Positions 18,258 to 28,530 are shown, counted from the stretch's first letter. The stretch is 32,000 nucleotides of DNA from Delftia acidovorans NBRC 14950 (GCF_001598795.1 NZ_BCZP01000001.1:270001-302000); one strand, 5' to 3'. Numbers and translations: made by a program. The notes: a model not told the origin generated them from the sequence alone.

Positions 18258-19304
18258 ATGACTTCCCCCATACCTCCGGAAAATCCTGGCTCCGCATCGC
18301 ACCCATCCCCGGGTGCGGACCTGTGGGCCCGGGCCACGCCCGCCACGGCGGCTGCCGATGCGCGCACGGCGGCATCAAGCGGCTGGGAGCGGGAGGTGCT
18401 GGAAAAGCTGGTCTTCGCCACCATCAACGAGCAGCGTGCCTCGCGCCGCTGGCGCCTGTTTGGCCGCCTGCTGTGGACGGCGCTCATCCTCGTGGTGCTG
18501 TGGGTGCTGTTTGCCAAGGACACGGCGACCACGACCAGTTCCTCCCCGCACACGGCCGTGGTCGAGGTCAAGGGCGAGATCGCCGCAGGTGCCGACGCCA
18601 GTGCGGAATTCGTGGTGGCCGCCATGCGCAGTGCGTTCGAGGATTCGGGCTCGCGCGCCGTGGTGCTGCTGATCAACTCGCCGGGCGGCAGCCCTGTGCA
18701 GGCCGGCATCATCAATGACGAAATCGTGCGGCTCAAGGGCAAGTACGACAAGCCCCTGTATGCCGTGGTGGAAGAAACCTGCGCTTCGGCCGCCTACTAC
18801 ATTGCCGCCGCCGCCGATGAGATCTTTGTGGACAAGGCCAGCATCGTGGGCAGCATCGGCGTGCTCATGGATGGCTTTGGCTTCACCGGCGCCATGGAAA
18901 AGCTCGGCGTGGAACGCCGTCTGCTGACGGCTGGCGAGAACAAGGGTTTCCTGGACCCGTTCAGCCCCATGTCCGAAGGGCAGCGCGAACATGCCCACAA
19001 GATGCTGGGCCAGATCCACTCGCAGTTCATCAACGTGGTCAAGGCTGGCCGTGGTGATCGCCTGCATGAGACGCCCGAGACGTTCAGCGGCCTGTTCTGG
19101 ACCGGCCAGCAGGCGGTGGAGATGGGCCTGGCCGACAAGCTGGGCAGTCTTGACTATGTGGCCCGTGAAGTGGTCAAGGCGGAAGAGGTGGTGGATTACA
19201 CGCGCCGCGACAACGTGGCCGAGCGCCTGGCCAAGCGTTTCGGCGCGGCCTTTGGAGGCGGTGCGGTGCAGGCACTGCGTTCCAGCCTCCCGGCTCTGCG
19301 CTGA
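18258..19304 (+). CDS. sppA: Signal peptide peptidase SppA, 36K type (S49 family)
   Basis: Motifs include LLINSPGGSPVQAG, ETCASAAYYIAAAADEIFVDKASIVGSIGV and an N-terminal TM segment. The ATG lies 1 nt after the Rieske gene stop. Confidence 0.85.
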   Translation: MTSPIPPENPGSASHPSPGADLWARATPATAAADARTAASSGWEREVLEKLVFATINEQRASRRWRLFGRLLWTALILVVLWVLFAKDTATTTSSSPHTAVVEVKGEIAAGADASAEFVVAAMRSAFEDSGSRAVVLLINSPGGSPVQAGIINDEIVRLKGKYDKPLYAVVEETCASAAYYIAAAADEIFVDKASIVGSIGVLMDGFGFTGAMEKLGVERRLLTAGENKGFLDPFSPMSEGQREHAHKMLGQIHSQFINVVKAGRGDRLHETPETFSGLFWTGQQAVEMGLADKLGSLDYVAREVVKAEEVVDYTRRDNVAERLAKRFGAAFGGGAVQALRSSLPALR

Positions 19305-19340
19305 TTCTTGCGGGATTTCCCGCTCGGTCTGCCAAGACGA

Positions 19341-19376
19341 AAAAGCCCGCCTTCTTGTCGAAGGCGGGCTTTTTCG
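19341..19376. terminator. Bidirectional intrinsic terminator between convergent sppA and the methyltransferase gene
   Basis: The sequence is AAAAAGCCCGCCTTC-ttgtc-GAAGGCGGGCTTTTT. It forms an 11-bp stem flanked by an A-tract and a T-tract. Confidence 0.8.
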
Positions 19377-19389
19377 CTGGTGGGCGGCT

Positions 19390-20181
19390 TCAGCGGCCGA
19401 TGGAGAACACCACCGGCGTGCGGTTGTCCGGCGCTTCCTTGTGCTGGCGCCATTCGCGTACCAGTCGGCTTTCGATGCGGACGCTCTCCAGTGTCAGGCC
19501 GCAGGCCAACGCCAAACGGGTATGGGGTTGCAGCGTCTGCAGCAGGGCTTGCCAAAGCGCGGCGTTGCGGTAGGGCGTCTCGATGAACTGCTGGGTCTGG
19601 CCTTGGCGCAATGCCAGGGCTTCAAGCTCCTTGATGCGCTGTACCCGTCCGCCGGCATCCTGGGGCAGGTAGCCCACAAAGGCATAGTTCTGTCCGTTGA
19701 GCCCGCTGGCGGCCAGCGCCAGCAGCAGCGATACGGGTCCGATCAGCGGCACGACACGTATGCCCAAATCGTGCGCGGCGCGCACGATGGAGCTGCCGGG
19801 GTCGGCCACGGCGGGCATTCCGGCCTCGCTGACCAGTCCCATGTCGTGTCCGGCCAGCAAGGGGGCGAGCAGTGGCTTGGCGTCAAAGACGGCGGCACCC
19901 TTGTCGCCATGGTCCCCCTTCTTGTGGGCCTCGCGCGGCAGCTCGGTGATCTGCTGGGTCTGCAAGGGCTGGGCCAGTGCATGCAGCGCGTCGATGCGCT
20001 TGAGATAGGCGCGTGTGCTCTTGGCGTTTTCGCAGATCCAGTGGGTCAGCCGCGCAGCGGTGCGCAGTGTCCCATCGGGCAGGACCTGCGTCAGCGGCGT
20101 TTGCTCATCGCAGCCGAAGTCCAGCGGCGCGGGCACCAGGTAAAGCGTTCCTGTCAGGGGCTTGGTGATGGCATCACTCAT
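19390..20181 (-). CDS. SAM-dependent methyltransferase of the tetrapyrrole-methylase / RsmI-like fold
   Basis: From ORF 19390..20217(-), starting at ATG 20181 (MSDAITKP). GTLYLVPAPL and GLVSEAGMPAVADPGSSIVRAAHDLGIRVVPLIGPVSLLLALAASGL resemble RsmI motifs. The start overlaps the maf stop (ATGA). Confidence 0.75.
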   Translation of the reverse strand: MSDAITKPLTGTLYLVPAPLDFGCDEQTPLTQVLPDGTLRTAARLTHWICENAKSTRAYLKRIDALHALAQPLQTQQITELPREAHKKGDHGDKGAAVFDAKPLLAPLLAGHDMGLVSEAGMPAVADPGSSIVRAAHDLGIRVVPLIGPVSLLLALAASGLNGQNYAFVGYLPQDAGGRVQRIKELEALALRQGQTQQFIETPYRNAALWQALLQTLQPHTRLALACGLTLESVRIESRLVREWRQHKEAPDNRTPVVFSIGR

Positions 20182-20798
20182 GGCAGCACGGCTCCTGCGG
20201 CGCGCAGCAACTGGCATGTGCGGATCAGCGGAAGGCCGATCAGTGCCGTGGGGTCGTCGCTGACGATGGCGTCGAGCAGGGCAATGCCCAGGCCCTCGCT
20301 CTTGGCGCTGCCTGCGCAGTCATAAGGCTGCTCGGCGCGCAGGTAGCGCTCGATTTCCGCATCGTTGAGATCGCGAAAGCGCACCTGAACCGTCACCACG
20401 TCGGTCTCGGAAAAGCCGGTTTCCTGGCAGACCACGCTCACGGCAGTGTGGAAATTCATCTGGTGCCCGCTCATCTGGCGCAACTGTTCGGTGGCGCGTT
20501 CATGGTTGCCGGGCTTGGACAGCGACAGGCCATCGAGCTCGGGCACCTGGTCGGAGCCGATGACAACGGCGCCGGGGTGCAGCGCAGCCACGGCCTGTGC
20601 CTTGGCCAGGGCCAGGCGCAGGGAAAGGGCGTGCGGTGTCTCTCCGGCCAGAGGTGTTTCATCGACTTCCGGGGAGACGGTCTGGAATGGCAGCCGCAGC
20701 CGCTCCAGGAGTTCGCGGCGGTAGCGTGAGGTGGAGCCAAGGATCAGGGGACGCGCCAGGCCGGGAGCCTGGGCTAAGGCGGGGTGGGGAGCTTGCAT
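20178..20798 (-). CDS. maf: Maf-family nucleoside triphosphate pyrophosphatase, YceF subfamily
   Basis: Motifs include LILGSTSRYRRELLERL, GSDQV and GSAKSEGLGIALL. It is divergent from yceD, as in E. coli. Confidence 0.85.
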   Translation of the reverse strand: MQAPHPALAQAPGLARPLILGSTSRYRRELLERLRLPFQTVSPEVDETPLAGETPHALSLRLALAKAQAVAALHPGAVVIGSDQVPELDGLSLSKPGNHERATEQLRQMSGHQMNFHTAVSVVCQETGFSETDVVTVQVRFRDLNDAEIERYLRAEQPYDCAGSAKSEGLGIALLDAIVSDDPTALIGLPLIRTCQLLRAAGAVLP

Positions 20799-20823
20799 GC
20801 CCGGATTCTCTTACACTGCCCGC

Positions 20824-21381
20824 ATGAGCAAGGAATTTTCTGCGGCCCGCCTCGATGTTCGCGCTTTCGCGCAATCGCAGGGCCATCTTCAGGACCAGAC
20901 AACACTGTCAGTCTTCCCTCGTCTGGCCCAGGATGCGCAGCCGGATGCCGGTGACACGCACGGCCAGGTGCACTGGCAGGCGGACGGCGAGCTGGTCGAG
21001 CAGACCGGCGGCCCCGGTCAGGTGTGGCTGCATCTGCAGGCCGATGCCGTCGTGCCCATGGTGTGCCAGCGCTGCCTGGCCCTGGCGCCCATCACCCTGC
21101 AGGTTGATCGGTCTTTTCGCTTTGTTGCGGATGAAGCCACAGCCGAGTCCGAGGACGATGAAAGCGATGAGGACCTGCTGGTGCTCAGCCGCGAGTTCAA
21201 TCTGCTCGAACTCATAGAGGACGAGTTGCTCATGGAGCTGCCCGTGGTGCCGCGTCACGATGTCTGCCCCGAGTCTGTGAGCTTGCAGTCCAGCGACGCG
21301 GACTTCGAGCAGGCCATCGAGGACAAGCCCAATCCGTTCGCCGTCCTTCGCGGCCTGGATGTGGGCAAATCCGCAGACTGA
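20824..21381 (+). CDS. yceD: YceD (DUF177) 23S rRNA accumulation protein
   Basis: From ORF 20731..21381. ATG 20824 gives MSKEFSAARLDV. It has the CQRCL motif and an acidic C-terminal half, and sits immediately upstream of rpmF-plsX. Confidence 0.85.
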   Translation: MSKEFSAARLDVRAFAQSQGHLQDQTTLSVFPRLAQDAQPDAGDTHGQVHWQADGELVEQTGGPGQVWLHLQADAVVPMVCQRCLALAPITLQVDRSFRFVADEATAESEDDESDEDLLVLSREFNLLELIEDELLMELPVVPRHDVCPESVSLQSSDADFEQAIEDKPNPFAVLRGLDVGKSAD

Positions 21382-21427
21382 TCGAGATGCCCGGAAAAAA
21401 GGTCGAGGCCGGGAAAAGCGATTGCGC

Positions 21428-21433
21428 TATAAT
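21428..21433 (+). promoter_or_regulatory. Perfect TATAAT hexamer about 85 nt upstream of rpmF (possible -10 element)
   Basis: tataat lies at 21428..21433 in a GC-rich background. No convincing -35 element sits at a 16-18 nt spacing, hence the low confidence. Confidence 0.3.
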
Positions 21434-21518
21434 CAAGGGCTTCGCGCGAAACCCCCTCGTGTCTTTAATGGGCTGATCGCGTTTTTTACCAACCCTTTTC
21501 AGATACACAGGAGCCATC

Positions 21519-21701
21519 ATGGCTGTTCAGCAGAACAAGAAGTCCCCCTCCAAGCGCGGTATGCACCGTTCGCACAATGCACTGAATGTGCCTGGCATCG
21601 CCGTGGAACCCACCACGGGTGAAACCCACCTGCGTCACCACATCAGCCCCAACGGCGTGTACCGCGGCCGTCAAGTGCTGAAGAACAAGTCCGAAGCCTG
21701 A
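21519..21701 (+). CDS. rpmF: 50S ribosomal protein L32
   Basis: The 60-aa translation begins [22 protein letters not shown].... Confidence 0.95.
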
Positions 21702-21720
21702 CCTTCGACCGTTCCCGCAG

Positions 21721-21762
21721 AGCCCGCGGCTACAGTTTTCGTAGCGCGGGCTTTTGTTTTTT
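21721..21762 (+). terminator. Intrinsic terminator/attenuator after rpmF
   Basis: AGCCCGCG(g)CTAC-agttttc-GTAGCGCGGGCT is followed by TTTGTTTTTT. Confidence 0.7.
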
Positions 21763-21814
21763 CTGATGGCCGTTCCTATCTTTCCAGGCCTTGCAACAGG
21801 CTTGCCAGTCGCTC

Positions 21815-22855
21815 ATGATCACTTTGGCCGTTGACTGCATGGGGGGTGATCACGGCCCCCGCGTCACGCTCGCGGCGTGCCGCCAGTTCCTCGATTCCCA
21901 TTCCGACGCCCGGCTGCTGTTGGTTGGCCAGCCCGATGCGCTGGCTGGCTTTGCGCATGAGCGCGCCAGCGTGGTGCCGGCCTCGGAAGTCGTTGGCATG
22001 GATGACCCGATCGAGGTGGCGCTGCGCAGGAAGAAGGATTCCTCGATGCGCGTCGCCATCCAGCAGGTCAAGGATGGCCAGGCTGCTGCTGCCGTGTCTG
22101 CTGGAAATACAGGTGCGCTGATGGCCATCTCGCGCTACCTGCTCAAGACGCTGGATGGCATCGATCGCCCCGCCATCGCTCCCCAGTTGCCCAATGCCAA
22201 GGGTGGTGCCACCACGGTGCTGGACCTGGGTGCCAACGTGGACTGCTCGGCAGAGCATCTGCTGCAGTTCGCCGTCATGGGCTCGGCCCTGGTGTCTGCG
22301 CTGAACAACGAAGAGGCGCCTTCCGTGGGCCTGCTCAATATCGGCGAAGAGCAGATCAAGGGCAGCGAAGTCATCAAGCGTGCGGGCGAACTGTTGCGTG
22401 CGGCCGGCAAGGCCGGTCACCTGAACTTCTACGGAAACGTCGAAGGCAACGATATCTTCAAGGGCACGACCCAGGTCGTGGTCTGCGACGGCTTTGTGGG
22501 CAACGTGGCCCTCAAGTCTTCCGAGGGGGTGGCGTCCATGATCTCCAATGCCCTCAAGCAGGAGTTCAAGCGCAACATCTTCACCAAAATGGCTGCAATC
22601 GTTGCCTATCCGGTGCTAACTGCGCTGATGAATCGCGTGGACCATCGGCGTCACAACGGTGCGGCGCTGCTGGGCCTTCGTGGGCTGGTGTTCAAAAGCC
22701 ATGGGTCAGCCGATGCCTTGGCTTTCGAGCACGCGCTGAACCGCGCGTATGATGCGGCCCGCAACAACCTGCTCGACCGTGTCCGTACCCGCATCTCCGC
22801 AGCCCTGCCTCTTTTGCTGGCTGCGCAGTCGGAATCAGGACCGTCGGCGCCCTAA
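21815..22855 (+). CDS. plsX: Phosphate acyltransferase PlsX
   Basis: From ORF 21791..22855, where 21791 is a TTG. ATG 21815 gives [15 protein letters not shown]. The GNTGALMA motif is present. Confidence 0.9.
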   Translation: MITLAVDCMGGDHGPRVTLAACRQFLDSHSDARLLLVGQPDALAGFAHERASVVPASEVVGMDDPIEVALRRKKDSSMRVAIQQVKDGQAAAAVSAGNTGALMAISRYLLKTLDGIDRPAIAPQLPNAKGGATTVLDLGANVDCSAEHLLQFAVMGSALVSALNNEEAPSVGLLNIGEEQIKGSEVIKRAGELLRAAGKAGHLNFYGNVEGNDIFKGTTQVVVCDGFVGNVALKSSEGVASMISNALKQEFKRNIFTKMAAIVAYPVLTALMNRVDHRRHNGAALLGLRGLVFKSHGSADALAFEHALNRAYDAARNNLLDRVRTRISAALPLLLAAQSESGPSAP

Positions 22856-22860
22856 TACAG

Positions 22861-23838
22861 ATGAGACGCTACGCACGCATCACCGGCACGGGCAGCTACC
22901 TGCCACCCCGCCGACTCACCAATCACGATCTGGCAGCCGAACTGGCCCAGCGTGGCATCGAGACCTCGGACGAGTGGATCGTCGAGCGCACCGGCATCCA
23001 TGCCCGTCACTTTGCCGCGCCCGACGTGGCCAGCAGCGATCTGGCCCTGGAGGCGTCGAAGAAGGCGCTGGAGGCCGCTGGCTGCCAGCCACAGGACATC
23101 GACCTGATCATCGTCGCCACCTCGACGCCCGACATGGTCTTCCCGTCCACTGCCTGCATCCTGCAGAACAAGCTTGGCGCCAATGGCTGCGCGGCCTTTG
23201 ACGTGCAGGCTGTGTGCAGCGGCTTTGTCTACGCTCTCACGGTGGCCGATGCCATGATCCAGTCCGGCGCCGCAAGCCGCGCGCTGGTGGTGGGTTCCGA
23301 AGTCTTCAGCCGCATCCTTGATTTCAACGACCGCACGACCTGCGTGCTGTTCGGCGACGGCGCCGGCGCGGTGGTGCTGGAGGCGTCCGATCAGCCTGGG
23401 ATCCTGGCGTCCGACCTGCATGCCGATGGCAAGCATGTCGGCATCCTCTGCGTGCCGGGCAATGTGTCCGGTGGCCAGGTGCTCGGCGATCCGCTGCTGA
23501 AGATGGATGGACAGGCCGTGTTCAAGCTGGCGGTCGGCGTCCTGGAAAAGGCCGCCCGCGCTACGCTGGACAAGGCCGGGCTCACCGATGCCGACATCGA
23601 CTGGCTGATTCCTCACCAGGCCAACATCCGCATCATGCAAAGCACGGCGCGCAAGCTCAAGCTGTCCATGGACAAGGTGGTGGTGACCGTGGACCAGCAT
23701 GGCAATACCTCGGCCGCCTCGATCCCGCTGGCGCTGGACCACGGCGTGCGCAATGGCCAGGTCAAGCCTGGGCAGACCGTGCTGCTGGAGGGCGTGGGCG
23801 GTGGCTTCACCTGGGGTGCGGTGCTTCTCAAGATGTGA
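22861..23838 (+). CDS. fabH: 3-oxoacyl-ACP synthase III
   Basis: 325 aa. It has the active-site Cys context ([15 protein letters not shown]), plus HQANIRI and GGGFTWGA. Confidence 0.95.
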   Translation: MRRYARITGTGSYLPPRRLTNHDLAAELAQRGIETSDEWIVERTGIHARHFAAPDVASSDLALEASKKALEAAGCQPQDIDLIIVATSTPDMVFPSTACILQNKLGANGCAAFDVQAVCSGFVYALTVADAMIQSGAASRALVVGSEVFSRILDFNDRTTCVLFGDGAGAVVLEASDQPGILASDLHADGKHVGILCVPGNVSGGQVLGDPLLKMDGQAVFKLAVGVLEKAARATLDKAGLTDADIDWLIPHQANIRIMQSTARKLKLSMDKVVVTVDQHGNTSAASIPLALDHGVRNGQVKPGQTVLLEGVGGGFTWGAVLLKM

Positions 23839-23894
23839 TGCGGGATGCCTGCCTGTCGGCAGGCTCCCATGGCGCGGCTTTTATTTTTGAAAAT

Positions 23895-24839
23895 ATGAAG
23901 AAGTTTGCATTCGTCTTTCCCGGCCAGGGTTCGCAATCGGTTGGCATGCTCGACGGATGGGGTGACCATCCTGTCGTGGCGCAGACGCTGGCCGAAGCGT
24001 CCGAGGCGCTGGGTGAAAACATCGGCCAGCTGATCCAGCAAGGACCGAAGGAAGCCCTGGCGCTCACCACCAACACCCAGCCCGTGATGCTGGTGGCCGG
24101 TGTGGCCGCCTGGCGCGTGTGGCAGGCCGAAGGCGGCGCGCTGCCCGATGCCGTGGCAGGCCATTCGCTGGGCGAGTATTCCGCCCTGGTCGCTTCGGGC
24201 GTGCTGACGCTGGCCCAGGCTGCCCCGCTGGTGCGGCTGCGTGCTGCAGCCATGCAGGAGGCCGTGCCCGTGGGCACGGGCGCAATGGCGGCCATCCTGG
24301 GCCTGGACGCCGACAAGGTGCGCGCAGGCTGCGCCGAGGTCACGGCTGCCCTGGGTGGCGCTGAAGTCGTCGAAGCCGTCAATTTCAACGATCCTTCGCA
24401 GACCGTGATCGCCGGCAGCAAGGCTGCTGTCGAAAAGGCCTGCGAAGCCCTCAAGGCCGCAGGCGCCAAGCGCGCCCTGCCGTTGCCCGTGTCTGCGCCG
24501 TTCCATTCCAGCCTGATGAAGCCCGCGGCCGAAAAGCTCAAGGCGGCGCTGGCTGCCACGGCGCTGGCTGCGCCGCAGATTCCCGTGCTCAACAACATCG
24601 ACGTGGCGGTCGAGCAAGACGCCGACGCCATCCGCGATGCGCTGTATCGCCAGGCCTTTGGCCCGGTGCGCTGGGTGGAATGCGTTCAGGCCATGAAGGC
24701 GCGCGGCATCGTGCATCTCGTCGAGTGCGGTCCCGGCAAGGTGCTCATGGGCCTGACCAAGCGGATTGACGCGGACCTGACGGCCGCTGCCCTCTATGAT
24801 CCGGCCACGCTGGCCGACGTGAAAGAATCCCTCGCATGA
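23895..24839 (+). CDS. fabD: Malonyl-CoA:ACP transacylase
   Basis: From ORF 23835..24839. ATG 23895 gives MKKFAFVFPGQGSQSVGM. The GHSLGEYSAL active site is present. Confidence 0.95.
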   Translation: MKKFAFVFPGQGSQSVGMLDGWGDHPVVAQTLAEASEALGENIGQLIQQGPKEALALTTNTQPVMLVAGVAAWRVWQAEGGALPDAVAGHSLGEYSALVASGVLTLAQAAPLVRLRAAAMQEAVPVGTGAMAAILGLDADKVRAGCAEVTAALGGAEVVEAVNFNDPSQTVIAGSKAAVEKACEALKAAGAKRALPLPVSAPFHSSLMKPAAEKLKAALAATALAAPQIPVLNNIDVAVEQDADAIRDALYRQAFGPVRWVECVQAMKARGIVHLVECGPGKVLMGLTKRIDADLTAAALYDPATLADVKESLA

Positions 24840-25582
24840 CTGACAACCAGAACAAGCCCCAGGTTGCCCTGGTGACGGGTGCCTCGCGTGGCATTGGTGC
24901 TGCCATTGCCCAGGAGCTGGCGGCGCGCGGCTACCGCGTGATCGGCACGGCCACCACCGACGGTGGCGCGGAAAAGATCGGCCAGGCCCTGTCGGCCCAT
25001 GAGGGCTGCCGCGGCGTGAACCTCAATGTCACGGATGGGGCGGCCGTCGATGCCTTGATCGACAGCATTGTCAAGAATGACGGCGGCCTGCATGTGCTGG
25101 TCAACAACGCCGGCATCACACGCGACACCCTGGCCATGCGCATGAAGGACGACGACTGGGATGCGGTGATCGACACCAATCTCAAGGCGGTTTTCCGAGT
25201 CAGCCGTACGGCCATTCGGCCCATGATGAAGCAGCGTTTTGGCCGCATCATCAACATCACCAGCGTCGTTGGCGCCTCCGGCAACCCCGGTCAGGCCAAC
25301 TATGCAGCCGCCAAGGCCGGCGTTGCCGGCATGACGCGTGCGCTGGCCCGTGAACTGGGCAGCCGCGGCATCACGGTCAACTGCGTGGCGCCTGGTTTCA
25401 TTGCCACCGACATGACGGCGGAGCTGCCCGAAGAGCAGAAGAACGCCCTCAAATCGCAGATCGCCATGGGCGATCTGGGCCAGCCCAGCGACATCGCCCA
25501 TGCCGTGGCCTACCTCGCATCTGCGGGTGCGGGATACGTCACCGGCCAGGAATTGCACGTCAACGGCGGCATGTACATGTAA
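24836..25582 (+). CDS. fabG: 3-oxoacyl-ACP reductase
   Basis: An SDR protein with TGASRGIG, NNAGI and YAAAKAG motifs. Its start overlaps the fabD stop (ATGA). Confidence 0.95.
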   Translation: MTDNQNKPQVALVTGASRGIGAAIAQELAARGYRVIGTATTDGGAEKIGQALSAHEGCRGVNLNVTDGAAVDALIDSIVKNDGGLHVLVNNAGITRDTLAMRMKDDDWDAVIDTNLKAVFRVSRTAIRPMMKQRFGRIINITSVVGASGNPGQANYAAAKAGVAGMTRALARELGSRGITVNCVAPGFIATDMTAELPEEQKNALKSQIAMGDLGQPSDIAHAVAYLASAGAGYVTGQELHVNGGMYM

Positions 25583-25695
25583 GTGCTGCGGCGGCTTCGG
25601 GTAGACCCCTGCCAGAAGCCGGCGTTGCTTGCAACAGAAGAGGCCGTTTCCTCGCGACGGCCGGCTGAAGAGGGCCTGAGGCCCGAAGCAGCTAG

Positions 25696-25971
<276 letters not shown>

Positions 25972-26010
25972 TAGGGCCCTGACCCGAGCGATCAGCAGAA
26001 GGTTTTACGC

Positions 26011-27255
26011 ATGAGCCGTCGTCGCGTTGTCGTGACCGGCCTGGGTTGCATCTCCCCCGTGGGTAACACGGTGGGCGACGCCTGGGCCAATCTTTTGGCC
26101 GGCCAGTCCGGCATTGACCTCATCACCAAGTTCGATGCCTCGAACTTTGCCTGCAAGATTGCGGGTGAGGTCAAGGGATTCGATGTGGAGTCGTACATGA
26201 GCGCCAAGGATGCGCGCTCCATGGACACCTTCATCCATTACGGCATCGCTGCTGCGGCGCAAGCCGTGCAGGACTCAGGTCTGCCCACGGGCGAGGCCTT
26301 GTCGGATGATCTGGCCACGCGCATCGGCTGTGTGATCGGTTCGGGCATCGGCGGCTTGCCGCTGATCGAGAACACCCACGCGGAACTGGCTGCGCGCGGA
26401 CCGCGCCGCATCACGCCGTTCTTCGTGCCTGCCTCCATCATCAACATGGTGGCTGGCCATGTGTCCATGCGCTTCGGCTTCAAGGGGCCGAATCTTGCCG
26501 TGGTGACTGCCTGCACGACCGGGCTGCACTGCATAGGCGAGGCGGGACGCATGATCGAATACGGCGATGCCGATGTGGTGGTGGCTGGTGGCACGGAAGC
26601 CACGGTCTCCCCCCTGGGCGTCGGCGGCTTTGCCGCCATGCGCGCCCTGTCCACGCGCAATGATGATCCCAAGGCCGCTTCGCGCCCCTGGGACAAGGAC
26701 CGCGACGGCTTCGTGCTGGGCGAAGGCGCGGGCGTGCTGGTGCTGGAAGAGTACGAGCATGCCAAGGCCCGCGGTGCCAAGATCTACGCCGAACTGTGTG
26801 GCTACGGCATGAGTGCCGACGCCGGCCACATGACGGCACCCAACATGGACGGCCCGCGCCGCGCCATGCTGGCAGCTTTGCGAAATGCCGGCATCAATGC
26901 CGACCAGATCGACTATCTGAACGCGCACGGCACTTCCACGCCGCTGGGCGACCTCAACGAGACCAACGCCATCAAGGCGGCTCTGGGCGATCACGCCAAG
27001 AAAATCGTTGTCAGTTCGACCAAGTCCATGACAGGTCACCTGCTGGGCGGTGCTGGTGGCATCGAGAGCGTCTTCACCGTGCTGGCACTGCACGAGCAAA
27101 AGATTCCTCCGACCATCAACCTGGACAACCAGGACCCGGAGTGCGATCTCGACTACTGCGCCAATACGGCACGGGACGCGACGATCGAGGTGGCGGTGAA
27201 GAACAACTTCGGCTTCGGAGGCACCAACGGAACGCTGGTGTTCAAGCGGATCTGA
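26011..27255 (+). CDS. fabF: 3-oxoacyl-ACP synthase II
   Basis: 414 aa, beginning [12 protein letters not shown]. It has ACTTG (active Cys), HGTSTPLGD, and GHLLGGAG. Confidence 0.95.
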   Translation: MSRRRVVVTGLGCISPVGNTVGDAWANLLAGQSGIDLITKFDASNFACKIAGEVKGFDVESYMSAKDARSMDTFIHYGIAAAAQAVQDSGLPTGEALSDDLATRIGCVIGSGIGGLPLIENTHAELAARGPRRITPFFVPASIINMVAGHVSMRFGFKGPNLAVVTACTTGLHCIGEAGRMIEYGDADVVVAGGTEATVSPLGVGGFAAMRALSTRNDDPKAASRPWDKDRDGFVLGEGAGVLVLEEYEHAKARGAKIYAELCGYGMSADAGHMTAPNMDGPRRAMLAALRNAGINADQIDYLNAHGTSTPLGDLNETNAIKAALGDHAKKIVVSSTKSMTGHLLGGAGGIESVFTVLALHEQKIPPTINLDNQDPECDLDYCANTARDATIEVAVKNNFGFGGTNGTLVFKRI

Positions 27256-27274
27256 GGCCTGCGCAACGCACATG

Positions 27275-27308
27275 AAAAGCCCGCCCCGTAAGGGAGCGGG
27301 CTTTTTTA
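27275..27308 (+). terminator. Intrinsic terminator after fabF
   Basis: AGCCCGCCCC-gtaa-GGG(a)GCGGGCT is followed by TTTTTT. Confidence 0.8.
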
Positions 27309-27340
27309 TTTCGCGCATGTGCCAGGTGAAAGCAGGATAA

Positions 27341-27862
27341 ATGTCGGTCATGCTGCGGTTTTGCGACACTGCAGGCATGCCGTCTCGCCATGCGCCGCCC
27401 GCAGTTCGCCATCCGCTGAAGCCCTCGCGCACCGTGGCAGCATGTCTTTGTGCGCTTTGGCTGCTGGCCGCCATGCTTTTACTGGCATGGGCCTTGAATC
27501 TCCAGGCAGGGTGGTGGCCTGCAGCCGTGGCCGTTGCGGTTTGCCTGGTTGCTGCTGCAGGCATGTGGCATGGATGGCACAGCCTGGGTAAAGGTTTCAT
27601 CGCCTGGGATGGCGTGCAGTGGTCGATCGGCGAGGCGGGCCCAGGCCAGGCTGCACAGCCGGTGCTGCTGCAGGTGCGAGCCGATGGTGGATCGTGGTTG
27701 TGGATGCAGGTCCGTCCCCTGGTTTCCATGGTGCCTGCAGGGCCCTTGCGTTGGCGCAGCTCCCGCTGGCTGCTCCTGTTGTGCAGGCAGAGTCCGGAAA
27801 CCTGGGGTGATTTGCGGCGTGCTGTATATTCCCCGGCCAGACCTACAGAACGGGCGCAATGA
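27341..27862 (+). CDS. Putative YgfX/CptA-like (DUF1434-like) two-TM inner membrane protein
   Basis: It has two N-terminal TM helices, then FIAWDGVQWSI, VRADGG and C-terminal ETWGDLRRAV. From memory these parallel E. coli YgfX motifs (RLRWQGQEWSI, LRSDGG, EAEWRDLRRIL). The start is uncertain (27341, 27350 or 27377). Third-position GC is lower than in neighbouring genes. Confidence 0.55.
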   Translation: MSVMLRFCDTAGMPSRHAPPAVRHPLKPSRTVAACLCALWLLAAMLLLAWALNLQAGWWPAAVAVAVCLVAAAGMWHGWHSLGKGFIAWDGVQWSIGEAGPGQAAQPVLLQVRADGGSWLWMQVRPLVSMVPAGPLRWRSSRWLLLLCRQSPETWGDLRRAVYSPARPTERAQ

Positions 27863-28530
27863 CTGCGCCAGGGCCGCCGCGGCCCGTCTTCACCGATTTC
27901 ATGACGCCTCCCGAATTCCCGCCTTCTTCTGCCGATAGCGACCTGGCTCTGGTCGAGCGCACCAACGCAGGAGACATGCGGGCCTTCGAGCTACTGGTCA
28001 TCAAGTACCAGCGCCGCATCGAGCGCCTCATCGGCCGCATGGTGCGCGATGTGGACCTGGTGCCGGACATTGCGCAGGAAACCTTCATTCGCGCCTATCG
28101 GGCCCTGCACCAGTTTAGGGGTGATGCCCAGTTCTATACCTGGCTGTACCGCATTGCCGTGAATACTGCCAAGAAGGCGCTGCTGGACATGAAGCGCTCG
28201 CCGCTGATCACCGAAAGCGCGTTACACAACGGGGATGACGATGATGAAACTTCCCGGGTCAGCCAGGAACTAATCACCGAAGAAACGCCCGAAACGATCC
28301 TGGCAGCCCAGGAAATTGCCCAGGCAGTCAACGCCGCCATGGAGGCTTTGCCCGAGGATCTCCGACAGGCTGTCACGTTGCGGGAAATCGAAGGCCTGAG
28401 CTACGAGGAAATCTCGAACGCCATGGGTTGCCCCATCGGCACCGTGCGCTCACGGATTTTTCGCGCACGGGAAGCGATTTCAGCCAGGGTCAAGCCTTTG
28501 CTGGAGCGCCAGTCGGGCAAGCGTTGGTAG
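27859..28530 (+). CDS. rpoE: Envelope-stress ECF sigma factor RpoE (sigma-24 / AlgU)
   Basis: Motifs include LVERTNAGDMRAFELLVIKYQRRI, FRGDAQFYTWLYRIAVNTAKK and TLREIEGLSYEEISNAMGCPIGTVRSRIFRAREAI. ATG 27859 overlaps the upstream stop. ATG 27901 (MTPPEF...) gives a length closer to known RpoE proteins. Confidence 0.9.
   Translation: MTAPGPPRPVFTDFMTPPEFPPSSADSDLALVERTNAGDMRAFELLVIKYQRRIERLIGRMVRDVDLVPDIAQETFIRAYRALHQFRGDAQFYTWLYRIAVNTAKKALLDMKRSPLITESALHNGDDDDETSRVSQELITEETPETILAAQEIAQAVNAAMEALPEDLRQAVTLREIEGLSYEEISNAMGCPIGTVRSRIFRAREAISARVKPLLERQSGKRW

Noticed and set aside
27790-27835. Search for a sigma-E-type autoregulatory promoter (GGAACTT-N16-TCxxA) upstream of rpoE
   Set aside because: Only GGAAAC (27796..27801) is present, without a matching -10 at the right spacing. 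That is not enough to call.
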